Below are positions 49,086-60,198 of a DNA stretch of 64,000 bases, one piece after another. The position numbers and the translations under genes are program-made. Below the pieces are notes generated by a model. It did no database searches. It was not told the origin of the DNA and saw only the letters and a list, made by a program, of their open reading frames with translations. The stretch lies in the NCBI GenBank assembly GCA_963805085.1, contig CAWDTA010000004.1, positions 320,001 to 384,000 of the forward strand, written 5' to 3'. Each line of letters begins with the position of its first letter. Position 1 is the first letter of the stretch. The stretch is from an uncultured Veillonellaceae bacterium (GTDB taxonomy: Bacteria; Bacillota; Negativicutes; JARBTT01).

Positions 49086-50693
49086 TTATCCTACATATTT
49101 CCTTAATGTATTCTTAACAGACTCCGGTCCAACGCTCATTTCTTTAAAATAATCTTCAATCAAGACTCCTAACTCAACTTTATACAAATCTGAACCAAAA
49201 ATAGTGATATCGCTAAGAATTGGCTTTAATACAGCATGAACATCAAAGCTTTTACCTAAATGTACATCTGCCAATTTTTTCTGTAAATCTGGCAATAATG
49301 GATCAGGACTCACCGTAAATCGCTTACCAGAATCATCAACTCCTAATAAATAACGACACCAGCCAGCAATAACCAGAGGAATATACTTAAGAGTTCTCAC
49401 ATCTAATTCCGATGAGTCCTGATAAGCCTTAATCGTTTCACCGAAACGCACACCAAGTTTTTGTGACGTGTCACAAGCAATACGCTGAGGCGTATCTGGT
49501 ATTGCTGGATTAGGAAAACGCTCGGTCAAGCATTCTCGTAAAAAATCTCGTGGATTCAGTACCCCTGGATCTGCGACAACCTTCATCCCTTCTTGATAGC
49601 CGATTTTTTCAACAAATTGCTGCAGCAACGGATTTTTCATTTCATCGGCAATCAATGTATAACCTAACAAGCAACCAAAAATCGCCAATGCTGTATGCAG
49701 TGGATTCAAACAAGTGCAAACTTTCATTTTTTCCACACAATCAACCGTCTGACGGTTGGTAAAAATTACACCTGTTTTTTCTAAAGGAGGTCTGCCATTT
49801 AGAAAATTATCTTCGACTACCAAATATTCTGTCTTTTCCGCATTCACAAAGGGAGCATAACAGCCGCCACGATTACTAGAAATAAACTCCATATCCGTAA
49901 GTCCATCTTTTAGAAGCTCTTTTTGTATTTTTTCTGATGGACGCGGTGTTATTTTATCAATCATGCTGCATGGATAGGCAACTTTCTGCAGTAAATACTC
50001 TATAAAACCTTTTTCTACCAGGTCTTTTTTCTCCCAAGCATAAGCAATCTCTCTAATCGCATTTTGTAATACAATTCCATTATGTGAACAATTATCCATA
50101 CTCAAAAGAGTTAACGGAAAAGCACCTGCTAAATAACGTTCATGTAATAAAGAAACCAATCTTGCCAAAAAACTTTGCGGTGCTTTTGGTCCGTTCATCA
50201 GATCAGTAGCAATATCGGCCAAATATGCACCATCATTATCCTTGGTTTTATACCCCTTTTCTGTAATAGTAAAACTGATAATCTGCAGCGATGGGTTACG
50301 CAAAATTTCTTGTAAATGCTGCCAATCTTTCTTTTCTTCCGTATGGCAGGTTAAACTTTCAGCGATACTGCCAATTACTTTTTTACGAGTACTCTGATCT
50401 GGATACAGCGTAACCAATAAGCTTAAATTATCATGTGGCTGATAAATTTTATCAATTACTTCGCAATTATTAGTTGCTACTGCTATGATTCCCGTTTTCA
50501 CAAAACCTTGGTTCAGTAAGCTCTGCTGCAACGAAGCCACAAAAGCGCGAAATATATTTCCCGGGCCAAAATGCAACCATTCTGGACGTTTCGCTGTTTC
50601 CTGCAGCATTTTACTACGATCAAACCTTGGTAATTCTATCCCCTTACCTTGCCAAGCTAGTACATTTTGCAGGTTCTTCGCATTAAGTTTCAT
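49086..50693 (-). CDS. uxuB: Mannitol-dehydrogenase-family D-mannonate oxidoreductase
   Basis: WLHFGPGNIFRAF, SFTITEKGY, SMDNCSHNG, MIDKITPRP, KVCTCLNPLHT, DTPQRIA.DTSQK; lies between uxuA and uxaC. Confidence 0.85.
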   Translation of the reverse strand: MKLNAKNLQNVLAWQGKGIELPRFDRSKMLQETAKRPEWLHFGPGNIFRAFVASLQQSLLNQGFVKTGIIAVATNNCEVIDKIYQPHDNLSLLVTLYPDQSTRKKVIGSIAESLTCHTEEKKDWQHLQEILRNPSLQIISFTITEKGYKTKDNDGAYLADIATDLMNGPKAPQSFLARLVSLLHERYLAGAFPLTLLSMDNCSHNGIVLQNAIREIAYAWEKKDLVEKGFIEYLLQKVAYPCSMIDKITPRPSEKIQKELLKDGLTDMEFISSNRGGCYAPFVNAEKTEYLVVEDNFLNGRPPLEKTGVIFTNRQTVDCVEKMKVCTCLNPLHTALAIFGCLLGYTLIADEMKNPLLQQFVEKIGYQEGMKVVADPGVLNPRDFLRECLTERFPNPAIPDTPQRIACDTSQKLGVRFGETIKAYQDSSELDVRTLKYIPLVIAGWCRYLLGVDDSGKRFTVSPDPLLPDLQKKLADVHLGKSFDVHAVLKPILSDITIFGSDLYKVELGVLIEDYFKEMSVGPESVKNTLRKYVG

Positions 50694-50712
50694 CTTATAT
50701 CACATCCTTTTA

Positions 50713-51792
50713 TTATTTTCTGCTGTTTTCACGGCAAATTGCATCCCATAAACCGCACAAATAATTTGCCCCTAACGCTCTATCATATAATCCATATCCA
50801 GGACGTCCTTTTTCATTCCAGATCATTCTTCCATGATCTGGTCGAATTGGGCCAGTAAAACCAATATCATGTAAAGCCTTCATTATCGCATAAATATCTA
50901 AAGAACCATATTGGGATTTATGAGCAACTTCATTGAATACCCATGGTTCATGTACCTGGACGTTTCTAATATGAGCAAAAGCTACACGTCCCATTTTGCC
51001 GAAATGCCGAATAATATCGGGGATATCATTATTTAAATTGGCTCCTAATGAACCACTACAAATTGTCAAACCATTACTTGGGCTATCAACCATACCGACA
51101 ATCCGCTCCAAATTATTTTTTGAAATAACAATACGTGGTAAACCAAACACCTTGCAAGGTGGATCGTCCGGATGAATTGCCATTTTTATGCCTACTTCTT
51201 CGGCAACTGGTACAACTGCTTTCAAAAAGTATTCCAAGTTTTTAAATAATTCTTCTTCATCAATATCTTTGTATAAATCAAACAACTTCGTTAACTCTTT
51301 TAATCTCTCTGGCTCCCAGCCTGGAAGCGAAAAACCATTGGCATTCTTTTGCACTTCTTCAACCATTACTTGTGGATCTTTCCCAGCAATCAAATGATAA
51401 TCATAAGCGAGTGCTGTGGAACCATCAAATAATACTTTAGCTAAGTCCGTTCTCGTCCAATCAAATACTGGCATAAAATTATAACAAACAACATTTACAC
51501 CAACCTTACCAAGATTTCTCAAAGAAATAATATAATTTTCTATATAGCGGTCGCGACTTGGTAAACCTAGTTTAATATCCTCATGTACATTTACACTTTC
51601 TACTGTTTCAAAAGCTAAACCATAGTCTTCAATTTCATTTTTTAACTGCATAATTTTTTCCATTGGCCATGCTTCACCAACGGGCACATCAAATAAAGCG
51701 CCTACAACTCCTTGCATTCCTGGGATTTGCCGAATATTTTGAAGTGTAATTTTATCTTCATCTTTTCCATACCATCGAAATGTCATCTTCAT
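50713..51792 (-). CDS. uxuA: Mannonate dehydratase
   Basis: [58 protein letters not shown]. Confidence 0.96.
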   Translation of the reverse strand: MKMTFRWYGKDEDKITLQNIRQIPGMQGVVGALFDVPVGEAWPMEKIMQLKNEIEDYGLAFETVESVNVHEDIKLGLPSRDRYIENYIISLRNLGKVGVNVVCYNFMPVFDWTRTDLAKVLFDGSTALAYDYHLIAGKDPQVMVEEVQKNANGFSLPGWEPERLKELTKLFDLYKDIDEEELFKNLEYFLKAVVPVAEEVGIKMAIHPDDPPCKVFGLPRIVISKNNLERIVGMVDSPSNGLTICSGSLGANLNNDIPDIIRHFGKMGRVAFAHIRNVQVHEPWVFNEVAHKSQYGSLDIYAIMKALHDIGFTGPIRPDHGRMIWNEKGRPGYGLYDRALGANYLCGLWDAICRENSRK

Positions 51793-51832
51793 TATCAAAT
51801 TCCCCCATATCATTTATAGTGCTCAAGTTCTT

Positions 51833-51864
51833 TACTGATATACTACCATACTAGTATATCAGTA
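51833..51864. promoter_or_regulatory. Likely GntR/UxuR-type operator
   Basis: TACTGATATACTA-CCATAC-TAGTATATCAGTA (13-bp perfect IR). A related ATACTACCATA lies at ~52808 upstream of the gntR gene. Confidence 0.7.
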
Positions 51865-52089
51865 TCAAATTCTATTTATAATAGAAAAACAGTCGATTTT
51901 ATGCTTTTTTCACATCAATCCTTTAAATATTAGCCTTTTTCTTCTTATTCTGAAATTTTTAAATTATTTGATATTTAAATAAACACACAAAAAAAGCACT
52001 TTAATCAACTTGTCAAAGCACTTCCTTTTATGTTTTTAATTTTCATATTCAAAATTTAATACACAGATAAATTTTGACAGTAAAATATT

Positions 52090-52776
52090 TTACTTAAAAT
52101 AACCTTTATATGTTTGTTTTAATTCCTCAATATCAGTAATTACTTTATTAATATGCAACCCAATTATTTTTTCACATAATCCTTGATCTTTCTGAATAAT
52201 CGCTTCTACAATCTGTCGATGCTGCCCAAATAATTTTGGCAGTTCATAATAGCCTTTCGTTAAAGTGAGCATTCGCACGCGATTATAATTTAAACTCATC
52301 TGTTTAATCATTTTCCAGATGCGCTCCTTATTACAAGCTTTAAATATAAGGCCATGCATGGTATCATCTAGCTCAAAAAACTTCATATAATCTTCTTTAT
52401 TTACACATAATTCTTGTAAATCTAAACAAGCTTGCACTTGTAATAATGATTCCCTAGGAAACCCATGACAAACCAGTTTGATTATAGCATTTTCCATCGT
52501 TGCCCGCAAAAATCGTGATTCGGCAACCTGCTCTAAATCTATCTTTGCCACATAGGTGCCCTTTTGCGGTAGAATATCCAATAAATTTTCTTGAGCTAAG
52601 CGAATAAAGGCTTCTCTGACTGGCGTACGACTAATTTGCAGTAATTCAGCGATGTCTTTCTCCGACAATGCAGTTCCTGGCACTAGATTCAAGCTGAGAA
52701 TATTTTTAATCAACAATCTATAGGCATACTCTCCTATTGAATCTTGTGGTAATTTATCAGAAATGTTAAAGTTCAT
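52090..52776 (-). CDS. GntR (FadR/FCD) family regulator of the hexuronate operon
   Basis: LSEKDIAELLQISRTPVREAF..L...PQKGTYV; FCD domain DDTMH. Confidence 0.92.
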   Translation of the reverse strand: MNFNISDKLPQDSIGEYAYRLLIKNILSLNLVPGTALSEKDIAELLQISRTPVREAFIRLAQENLLDILPQKGTYVAKIDLEQVAESRFLRATMENAIIKLVCHGFPRESLLQVQACLDLQELCVNKEDYMKFFELDDTMHGLIFKACNKERIWKMIKQMSLNYNRVRMLTLTKGYYELPKLFGQHRQIVEAIIQKDQGLCEKIIGLHINKVITDIEELKQTYKGYFK

Positions 52777-53054
52777 TTTATAGCTCCCATCTTCTTCACT
52801 ATCTTATTATACTACCATATTAAGATCAAATTCGTCACTAGCTCAAACGAAATTGAGTTAATAGACGCTCTTCCTCTTTACGGTCGCAATTTATTTGATT
52901 CGCCATACTGTATAAAAAAGCCTTTCAACATCACTGCTGCTATCTTTCATAGTCTATATTTACACTATTCAGCACCTCAAATTTATATAGCTAGGAAAAA
53001 AGTTGAATTTTCATTGTAAATAAACTAAAATAAAGGTTCAAAGGAGGTAATAAA

Positions 53055-53480
53055 ATGAAAACTAACGCCGAAAATCATGTGGGCTATTTAATACAACAAA
53101 TTTCACATTTATTAGAGCAATTATTCAATAAAAATCTAGCAAATGAAGATTTATCTGTTTCACATGCAAGGTTAATTTATCTGTTATATAAAAATGATGG
53201 TATGACACAATCAGAACTTCAGCAAGATTTGCTGATTAAACCGTCTTCTATTACAAAATTAATTGATGTATTAGAAAAAAAAGGTTTGGTTAAAAGAGAA
53301 GCTTCTAATGAAGATGCACGAATTAAGAGAATTTATTTAACCAATGAAGGTAAGAAAAAAGAAGAAATATTATGTAATATTAAAGAAAAAACAGAAGTCA
53401 ATTTATTGATAACTATTTCCGAAAGTGAGCATCAAGACCTTATCCGAATTTTGAAATCAATTAAGCAAACATTGCAATAA
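53055..53480 (+). CDS. MarR-family regulator
   Basis: MTQSEL...IKPSSITKLIDVLEKKGLVKR...DARIKRIYLT.EG. Confidence 0.93.
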   Translation: MKTNAENHVGYLIQQISHLLEQLFNKNLANEDLSVSHARLIYLLYKNDGMTQSELQQDLLIKPSSITKLIDVLEKKGLVKREASNEDARIKRIYLTNEGKKKEEILCNIKEKTEVNLLITISESEHQDLIRILKSIKQTLQ

Positions 53481-53569
53481 AATATTCTGATAAATAGTTT
53501 AGTTTCCTAACTAAATAAATTATGCTATGATAATTACATGACATAATTTATTCTACGGAGGCGTATTCT

Positions 53570-54769
53570 ATGAATTCCACAACTCACAACTCGGTACCAC
53601 ATAATCGTTTATGGACGGCGATTATATTAGGCTGTTTAGCCGGTATTGGCCCGCTTTGTACAGATTTATATTTACCTGCATTACCTCAAATTGCAACTAA
53701 TTTGAACACGAGTGCATCGTTAGTACAATTCAGTTTAACAGCTACGCTACTCGGTGTAGCCATCGGACAGATTTTTATTGGCCCTAACAGTGATATTAAC
53801 GGTCGAAAAAAACCATTGATACTATCATTGATCATTTTCATTATTTCATCCTTTATGTGTTCTTTCGCGACTTCGATTTGGGAACTCATTGCTTTTCGTT
53901 TTATTCAAGGTCTTGCGGGTTCAGGAGGTATCGTATTATCAAGGGCAATTGCTTGTGATCTTTATTCCGGCTCAGAATTAACAAAGTTTTTTTCATTGTT
54001 AATGTTAATTAACGGAATCGCACCTATTTTTTCACCAGTTATTGGTGGGCAAATTCTGGCATTGAGTGACTGGAAAGGGATATTTTTTATACTCGGCCTA
54101 TTTAGTATTGTATTAACTTTGGCTGTTATTTTTGGTATGAAAGAAACTTTACCATTGGAGCAACGTAAGGTTGGAGGCTTGAAAGCAACTTTTGTTACTT
54201 TTAGACAACTGTTATCTGATAAGAGTTTTGTTGGCTATGTTTTAGTGCAAGCCTTTATCATTGCCGGTTTGTTTGCCTACATTGCAGGTTCACCATTCGT
54301 ATTACAGACGATTTACGGCTTATCAGCAGAAAAATTTAGTCTATGTTTTGCGATTAACGGAATCGGCATTATGCTATTTGCTCAACTAACAGGACATTTC
54401 ACAGGCAAGTTTAATGAAAAACAAATACTCGTCTTTGGACTAAATCTAGCCCTATTGTGCAGTATACTATTACTTGCTATGAGTATAATGAAGGCATCTA
54501 TCATTTTTATCTTGATTCAACTATTTATCATCGTATCATGTATCGGAATCACAACCACGGCCAGCTTTTCTCTAGCTATTCAGCGTCAACCAAATTCAGC
54601 TGGCAGTGCGGCTGGATTAATCGGTGTCGTAACATTTATATTTGGCGCTATCGCTTCTCCCCTTGTTGGTTTAGGTGACGGAACAAACGCTATCCCTATG
54701 GGTCTGGTAGTAACACTTGCCAATTTATCGGCATTTATAAGTTATTTCAAATTGGCGAAGACAGAATAA
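53570..54769 (+). CDS. Bcr/CflA-family MFS drug efflux transporter
   Basis: DLYLPALP, GQIFIGP.SD..GRKKP, RFIQG, APIFSPVIGG, ETLP, AGSAAGL.G. Confidence 0.93.
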   Translation: MNSTTHNSVPHNRLWTAIILGCLAGIGPLCTDLYLPALPQIATNLNTSASLVQFSLTATLLGVAIGQIFIGPNSDINGRKKPLILSLIIFIISSFMCSFATSIWELIAFRFIQGLAGSGGIVLSRAIACDLYSGSELTKFFSLLMLINGIAPIFSPVIGGQILALSDWKGIFFILGLFSIVLTLAVIFGMKETLPLEQRKVGGLKATFVTFRQLLSDKSFVGYVLVQAFIIAGLFAYIAGSPFVLQTIYGLSAEKFSLCFAINGIGIMLFAQLTGHFTGKFNEKQILVFGLNLALLCSILLLAMSIMKASIIFILIQLFIIVSCIGITTTASFSLAIQRQPNSAGSAAGLIGVVTFIFGAIASPLVGLGDGTNAIPMGLVVTLANLSAFISYFKLAKTE

Positions 54770-54874
54770 ATACACTTGACGAAACACGACTCATCTTTTG
54801 CATATTTTATCATTCAATACGTATTTTCTTATCTGCAATTTGCATGCATTAATATTGTAATCAAGCTAAAGCAA

Positions 54875-54923
54875 AAGATGTCTATCACTAAGAAAGTTAA
54901 ACTTTCTTAGTGATAGGCATCTT
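54875..54923. terminator. Strong hairpin between convergent genes
   Basis: AAGATGTCTATCACTAAGAAAGTT / AACTTTCTTAGTGATAGGCATCTT; a second hairpin AAGCCGTTACTA...TAGTAACGGCTT lies at ~54936-54976. Confidence 0.75.
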
Positions 54924-55038
54924 TCTTAATAATTTAAGCCGTTACTAAGTACATTTTTGCACCTAGTAACGGCTTAACATTTATGTAAGCACTATTTTTT
55001 GTGAGACTATTTATCAAAATATAATATTAAGATTAATA

Positions 55039-56901
55039 CTATTCTTGAATATACAGTTCTACATCATCAAACGAACCCCAGTTTCCTGCGTTTGCTTGAT
55101 TATCGACACCAATTGTGATCTGACCATTCGTAACATTAATGTCCTTAATCGTCCATTGATGCCACTTGCTCCAGCCATCATTTGTAATTGTAACTGTCAC
55201 TTCACTACCACCATAGTCACTAGCAAACAGTTGAATTGCTTTTTCACCGCCACCGCCTTGTGTCCATACGGATAGTGTATATTTACCATCTTTTAATCCA
55301 GTAATCGTTTGCGTTGCATTAAAGGCGAATGCTTTATCAGACCAATAGTGCATAGCACTCTTACCGCGCACATCGCCGGCAGAGCCTGAAATATTAACTG
55401 CACTAACATCACCTTTGACTGCCCATTGATCTAAAGTACCAGTTTCAAAGTTACCATTTTTCACAAGATTGACTTTATTGATCACATTGATTTTAGCAAT
55501 CGCTGCTTCGTCAGTACCAACAACTGTACCAGTAACTCGATAGTTACCTACCGTATCATAAACTGGTGTTTCTGTATTCCAAGAAACAGGAAGTTCTTTT
55601 GTTGAATCATCTGTATAAACAGCACTGATTACCTTTGGTAATTCTGTTGATATGCCAACATTACCAAGAACATCAACTGGTTCTAATTCTTTCACCGTTG
55701 CTTGTACAAATTGATTATTTTTATCGGATACAAGGTTGAACACATTTAGAGATTCTAATGCATTGCCTTTGAAATCAAACATTGCAAGGTTTTCCCATTC
55801 GTTACCTTCTCCATGTTTCCAACCAACTCCTGGAGTTGGAATCCAATCTGGTTCCCAATAGAATACACCCATACCACGTTTATTATTTACCTTGCTGACA
55901 GCTTCCATGATGTCTCTCATTCCAGTTGCCTGACCTTGTACGGAGCTCTTATATCCACCGATTTTTTCTTCGTTTGGACCATAGCAGTTTTTCTGAGCAT
56001 CAAAGCCATCATTGGTAAAGCCCATTGCTGTTTCTACAACAACAACATCTTTATTATACCGTGCACTAACATCGTTCATGTTGTTTTCTAGTTGTTCCAA
56101 CTTGCCATGCCAGAATGGATAGTACGAAAGCCCAATGATATCAAAATCATTTACTTTATTTTCTACAATCAAGGAATCAAAGAAACTACGGTATAACGCA
56201 TTGTCGCCACCATTTGCTAAATGAACCATAAGTTTGATGCTTTTCTCTGGATCATTATCACGAACAGCCTTCAAGCCTTGGCCAATCATATTTGCAAGAT
56301 TTTTATAACCTTCTGGACTCGTAGTTTTACCTTCTGGCCATAACATCCCGTTATTAAGTTCGTTACCGATTTGTACCATGTCAGGTTTAATACCTTTGGC
56401 TGCAAAATCTTTGATCACTTTGCTGGTATATGTATAAACATCTTTTCCAAGTTGTTTTGTATTATGATTTGCCCATGCTGCTGGTTTATTTTGTTTGCCT
56501 GGATCAGCCCAGAAATCACTGTAATGGAAGTCAATTAGTACTTTCATACCTTTTGATTTTGCCCGCGTTGCGATTTCCAATGCTTTTGCTTCATCGGTAT
56601 TACCGCCGCCAACTTCTACACCATTTACAATTGGATTATTCCATATTCTAAGGCGAACCCAGTTGATCCCATGTTCTTGTAAAATATCTAAACAATCTTT
56701 TTCTATACCTTGATCGTAGAATTTGCCACCTTTTAATTCGAGTTCTTTTAACATCGAAATATCGGCGCCTTTCATGAAATCAGAGCGAATCCCATCGATT
56801 GGATTCACCTGAATTGCAGCTTCTGCATTTGGTACACTAAACATAATGCTACTCGCCATCAATGCTGACAGTACAAGCGAAGTTAATTTACTTTTTTTCA
56901 T
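55039..56901 (-). CDS. Secreted GH53 endo-beta-1,4-galactanase with Ig-like (Big_4) and CBM61-like domains
   Basis: Signal peptide (..PNAEA|), KGADIS, NWVRLRIW, DFHYSDFWADPGKQ, MVQIGNE, GLSYYPFWHG, VVET, FYWEP; C-terminal NGNFETG...WGSFDD. Confidence 0.92.
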   Translation of the reverse strand: MKKSKLTSLVLSALMASSIMFSVPNAEAAIQVNPIDGIRSDFMKGADISMLKELELKGGKFYDQGIEKDCLDILQEHGINWVRLRIWNNPIVNGVEVGGGNTDEAKALEIATRAKSKGMKVLIDFHYSDFWADPGKQNKPAAWANHNTKQLGKDVYTYTSKVIKDFAAKGIKPDMVQIGNELNNGMLWPEGKTTSPEGYKNLANMIGQGLKAVRDNDPEKSIKLMVHLANGGDNALYRSFFDSLIVENKVNDFDIIGLSYYPFWHGKLEQLENNMNDVSARYNKDVVVVETAMGFTNDGFDAQKNCYGPNEEKIGGYKSSVQGQATGMRDIMEAVSKVNNKRGMGVFYWEPDWIPTPGVGWKHGEGNEWENLAMFDFKGNALESLNVFNLVSDKNNQFVQATVKELEPVDVLGNVGISTELPKVISAVYTDDSTKELPVSWNTETPVYDTVGNYRVTGTVVGTDEAAIAKINVINKVNLVKNGNFETGTLDQWAVKGDVSAVNISGSAGDVRGKSAMHYWSDKAFAFNATQTITGLKDGKYTLSVWTQGGGGEKAIQLFASDYGGSEVTVTITNDGWSKWHQWTIKDINVTNGQITIGVDNQANAGNWGSFDDVELYIQE

Positions 56902-57124
56902 ATCTTCACCCCATATATTTATTTAAACTATACCATTTTTATTTTCGTAAATTCTCTTACTTTATGCGAGAGGATTTCCAGTATCTATCAAGAATATCTC
57001 TGATAAGAGACTTGTTTATAACGCATCTATAGGTTAGCCTGGCCGCTGTCTATCAAAACGCGTTTCGTAACAAGTTTCTTTTTTTGTCCACTTATCATAA
57101 AATTCTCTCCTTGTTTATTTTTGA

Positions 57125-58552
57125 TTAGAAGCTAACGGTTAAAGCCGCATAAGCTGTATCTTCATATTTGCTGAAACCGGATTTAGCTTCATCATATGGT
57201 TTAAGCTTATAGTAAGTAACTTCAAAATTTGTATTACTAGCTAACATATAACTTGCACCAAGCCCCCAACCTTTATCACCATCGCCATTAAATCCATTAC
57301 CACCAGCTATATTCAATCTATGTCCCCAGTACGTAGAATCTACTGCTGCGTTACCAAGGCTGAAATATTCCGCATATACCTTCCATGTATTGGCTTTATT
57401 CCATACTTGATTACCATAAGTTAACCTTGTCCAATAACCATGATCTTGATCTGCTGCATCGGCATTATTTTTTACATATTCCGCAAGCAAATTCACTTTA
57501 TCACTTATTTGCGAATTAAAACCAACTGCATATTGATCAAATGCATATGGTTGTTCATTCCAGACTGTCGTAGCTACAGGTGTTTGTATCCAACTACCAT
57601 CAGTTAATTGCACCCACTTATTTTCATATGCTGTACTAGCCGTCTTTAATTTATCATTTGTCTTTAAATGGGCAACTGTAACATGCGTAGCAGGACTCGT
57701 CGCTACATCAACATTTGCTAGGAACGCTCCCATATTCGTATTATGCCAACCTTCAGCTGCTAAATCTCCCCAACCGGCTGATACTTTTACCTTGTCACCA
57801 AATTGGTGCGTAGCATAGATACCATCAATTTGGTTTTCCCACCAAAGAAGACCTTGTCCAAGATTTAATTCCAGCCGCCCAACAGAAATGTTTGTATTTG
57901 CATGATTCCAATCAACACTAAACTTGTCAAGTCTAAAAGAGTTCTGATCTCTGGTGCTATTATCCCAAGAATTGAAATTCTGATTTTTATTACCCCAACC
58001 ATCATTTACTTTAATTTCATTTTCATATTTAATACGGCCATTTATGGATATATTCTCTGCTGGTTCGCCATAAAAGCCAAGGCGTACACGTTCTTCAAAT
58101 TGGCTGGAATTTTCTTTATGTCCATCGTTGGTATCTTTCATCTTATTTGCTTTATTTTCAAAATACCGCATACGAGCATCACCATACCATTTAAATGAAG
58201 ACATTTTATCTTCTACTTTTTTTAGACGTACACCCATATTGGCTAATTCATCAGAGTATTCTTTTGATAAACGATCTAAAGCTGCTTTATTGGCATCATC
58301 TGCTTTATCAACGTTAGACATTGCTTTGGCAACTAGCTCTGCCATTTCATAGCGGCTAATCGCTTTTTCACCGCGGAAATCTGCATCACCATAGCCATCT
58401 ACGAGACCTGCTTGTACTAGTTTTTCTACTGCACCATATGCCCAATGGTCTTTTGGTACACTCGTAAATGGATTTGCTGTTGCTGCCATAGCAACACTAG
58501 AAAAGCTAAGAGCACCTAGAGCTACTGCAGATACAAGAAACTGTTTTTTCAT
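57125..58552 (-). CDS. OmpM-like SLH-domain outer-membrane beta-barrel protein
   Basis: Signal peptide, SLH (NPFTSVPKDHWAYGAV..L...GLVDGY...ISRYEMA), coiled coil (LSKEYSDEL..MGVR), amphipathic strands and C-terminal Phe. Start at 58552 after GGAGG. Confidence 0.88.
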   Translation of the reverse strand: MKKQFLVSAVALGALSFSSVAMAATANPFTSVPKDHWAYGAVEKLVQAGLVDGYGDADFRGEKAISRYEMAELVAKAMSNVDKADDANKAALDRLSKEYSDELANMGVRLKKVEDKMSSFKWYGDARMRYFENKANKMKDTNDGHKENSSQFEERVRLGFYGEPAENISINGRIKYENEIKVNDGWGNKNQNFNSWDNSTRDQNSFRLDKFSVDWNHANTNISVGRLELNLGQGLLWWENQIDGIYATHQFGDKVKVSAGWGDLAAEGWHNTNMGAFLANVDVATSPATHVTVAHLKTNDKLKTASTAYENKWVQLTDGSWIQTPVATTVWNEQPYAFDQYAVGFNSQISDKVNLLAEYVKNNADAADQDHGYWTRLTYGNQVWNKANTWKVYAEYFSLGNAAVDSTYWGHRLNIAGGNGFNGDGDKGWGLGASYMLASNTNFEVTYYKLKPYDEAKSGFSKYEDTAYAALTVSF

Positions 58553-58666
58553 TTGAATTCCTCCTAAAATAATAAATAAATTCTTTTTGAGCCAACTATT
58601 AGGAGCACGAACATTGTTGTCCATGTTGCCAATATTCTGACTTCTTCTAGTCACCTCTTATTTAGA

Positions 58667-58734
58667 CACCAATGGAGCAGCCAAGTTTTTTCAACAGTGG
58701 ATACTGTTTTATTTACTTGGCTGATCCAATGGTG
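58667..58734. other. Long intergenic stem-loop between lacG and the porin gene, without a U-tract
   Basis: CACCAATGGA.CAGCCAAGT ... ACTTGGCTGATCCAATGGTG. Confidence 0.55.
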
Positions 58735-58741
58735 AGAAAAA

Positions 58742-60169
58742 CTAAATTTCTACATCGTTGACATCGACCAGCTGTTTCGTTTTGGAAATTTTCTTAAACC
58801 AATATGCACTTTTTTTCGGATACCGCTTTTGTGTTTCAAAGTTTACATAAAATAGACCATAGCGCTTGTTATAGCCATTTGACCAAGATAATACATCCAT
58901 CAACGACCATACATAGTATCCTTTTACATTTACGCCTTCTTGAATTGCTTTCAATATGTAATTGAAATGTTTTCTAATATATTCAATACGCGGCGTATCA
59001 TCAATCTTTCCATTAATGAAATCATCTTTATATCCCATGCCATTTTCAGCAATATAAATCTTTTTGTAATTTGGATAGTCTCTTTTGATTCTAACGAGCA
59101 TATCATACATGCCCTGCGGATAAATCGGCCAATCCCAATCCGTCGTTTCAACATCTGGCTTGCTTACGCGTGCGCCAATTCCCTTTAAAGCAAATACACT
59201 TGTACCTTTTTCGCCAGTTCCGTTATGATGCATTTTACTTTCGCCATCATAGCCTTGTAGAAAATGACTGGAATAATAATTCATGCCTAAGAAATCAATA
59301 TCTTTAGCCGCAGCTTCGATAGCATCCATATCGCCATCATACACAGTAAATGTTCCATGATTCTTTTTGAGAATTTCATGAATCGTTTCTAACGTGTCTT
59401 TAGCGTATTCACCTTTAAAGCATGCATCCAGCATAAATTTATTGGCAATGGTATCATCTAAATAAGCCGCTCTTTTGTCCTCTGGCTTATCGCTGATCGG
59501 GCACTTGCCTTCTAGCGTATGAACGATACCAATTTCACCTGGCAGATTCATACTTTTATATACGTTGAGAGCTTGTGCATGCGCAGCCATCATATTGTGC
59601 ATGATCTGAACAGCTTTCGGGATATCAAATTTTATACTAGGTGGGAAGTTCCCAATGATATAGCCATTTTGTGCAATTGACCAAGGTTCATTAAATGTAG
59701 CCCATTTTTTTACACGATCGCCGAAGTTTTCAAAACAAACCTTAGCAAACCTAACAAAGTGTTTAATATTCTCTCTATTTAACCAATCGCCATTTTGAAA
59801 AAGTGTTAGCGGCGTATCGAAATGATGTAAGGTAACAAATGGATCTACACCATTTTTGATACATTCATCAATTAGATTATTATAAAACGCAATTCCTTTT
59901 GGATTGATCTCACCAAAACCATCCGGAATAATCCGACTCCAAGAGATCGAAATACGAATGCCATTAATGCCAAATTCATTCGATAACTCAAGATCATCTT
60001 TGTATGTATGATAAAAATCACTTGCTTTATCACCATTGAAACGGCTGCCTGGTCTATTCAAATATTCATCCCAACAACACGGCCCCCTGCCGTCTTCCCT
60101 CGTTGCACCTTCTACTTGAAAAGCCGCCGTTGCACCACCAAATATAAAATCATCTGCAAATTGCTTCAT
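58742..60169 (-). CDS. lacG: GH1 6-phospho-beta-galactosidase
   Basis: FIFGGATAAFQVEG, RISISWSRI, TFNEP, HHNGTGEKGTS, IYIAENGMG, WSLMDVLSWSNGYNKRYG. Confidence 0.92.
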   Translation of the reverse strand: MKQFADDFIFGGATAAFQVEGATREDGRGPCCWDEYLNRPGSRFNGDKASDFYHTYKDDLELSNEFGINGIRISISWSRIIPDGFGEINPKGIAFYNNLIDECIKNGVDPFVTLHHFDTPLTLFQNGDWLNRENIKHFVRFAKVCFENFGDRVKKWATFNEPWSIAQNGYIIGNFPPSIKFDIPKAVQIMHNMMAAHAQALNVYKSMNLPGEIGIVHTLEGKCPISDKPEDKRAAYLDDTIANKFMLDACFKGEYAKDTLETIHEILKKNHGTFTVYDGDMDAIEAAAKDIDFLGMNYYSSHFLQGYDGESKMHHNGTGEKGTSVFALKGIGARVSKPDVETTDWDWPIYPQGMYDMLVRIKRDYPNYKKIYIAENGMGYKDDFINGKIDDTPRIEYIRKHFNYILKAIQEGVNVKGYYVWSLMDVLSWSNGYNKRYGLFYVNFETQKRYPKKSAYWFKKISKTKQLVDVNDVEI

Positions 60170-60198
60170 GTTATTGACCGCCTTTTATCTATATTGAT

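Noticed and set aside
56960-57100. Structured RNA between the porin and galactanase genes
   Set aside because: Only an imperfect hairpin (ACTTGTT...AACAAGT) with no family features; likely an mRNA stability or termination element.
58553-58654. 34-aa N-terminal extension of the porin in the ORF track
   Set aside because: A strong RBS and a typical signal peptide begin at 58552 (MKKQFLV).
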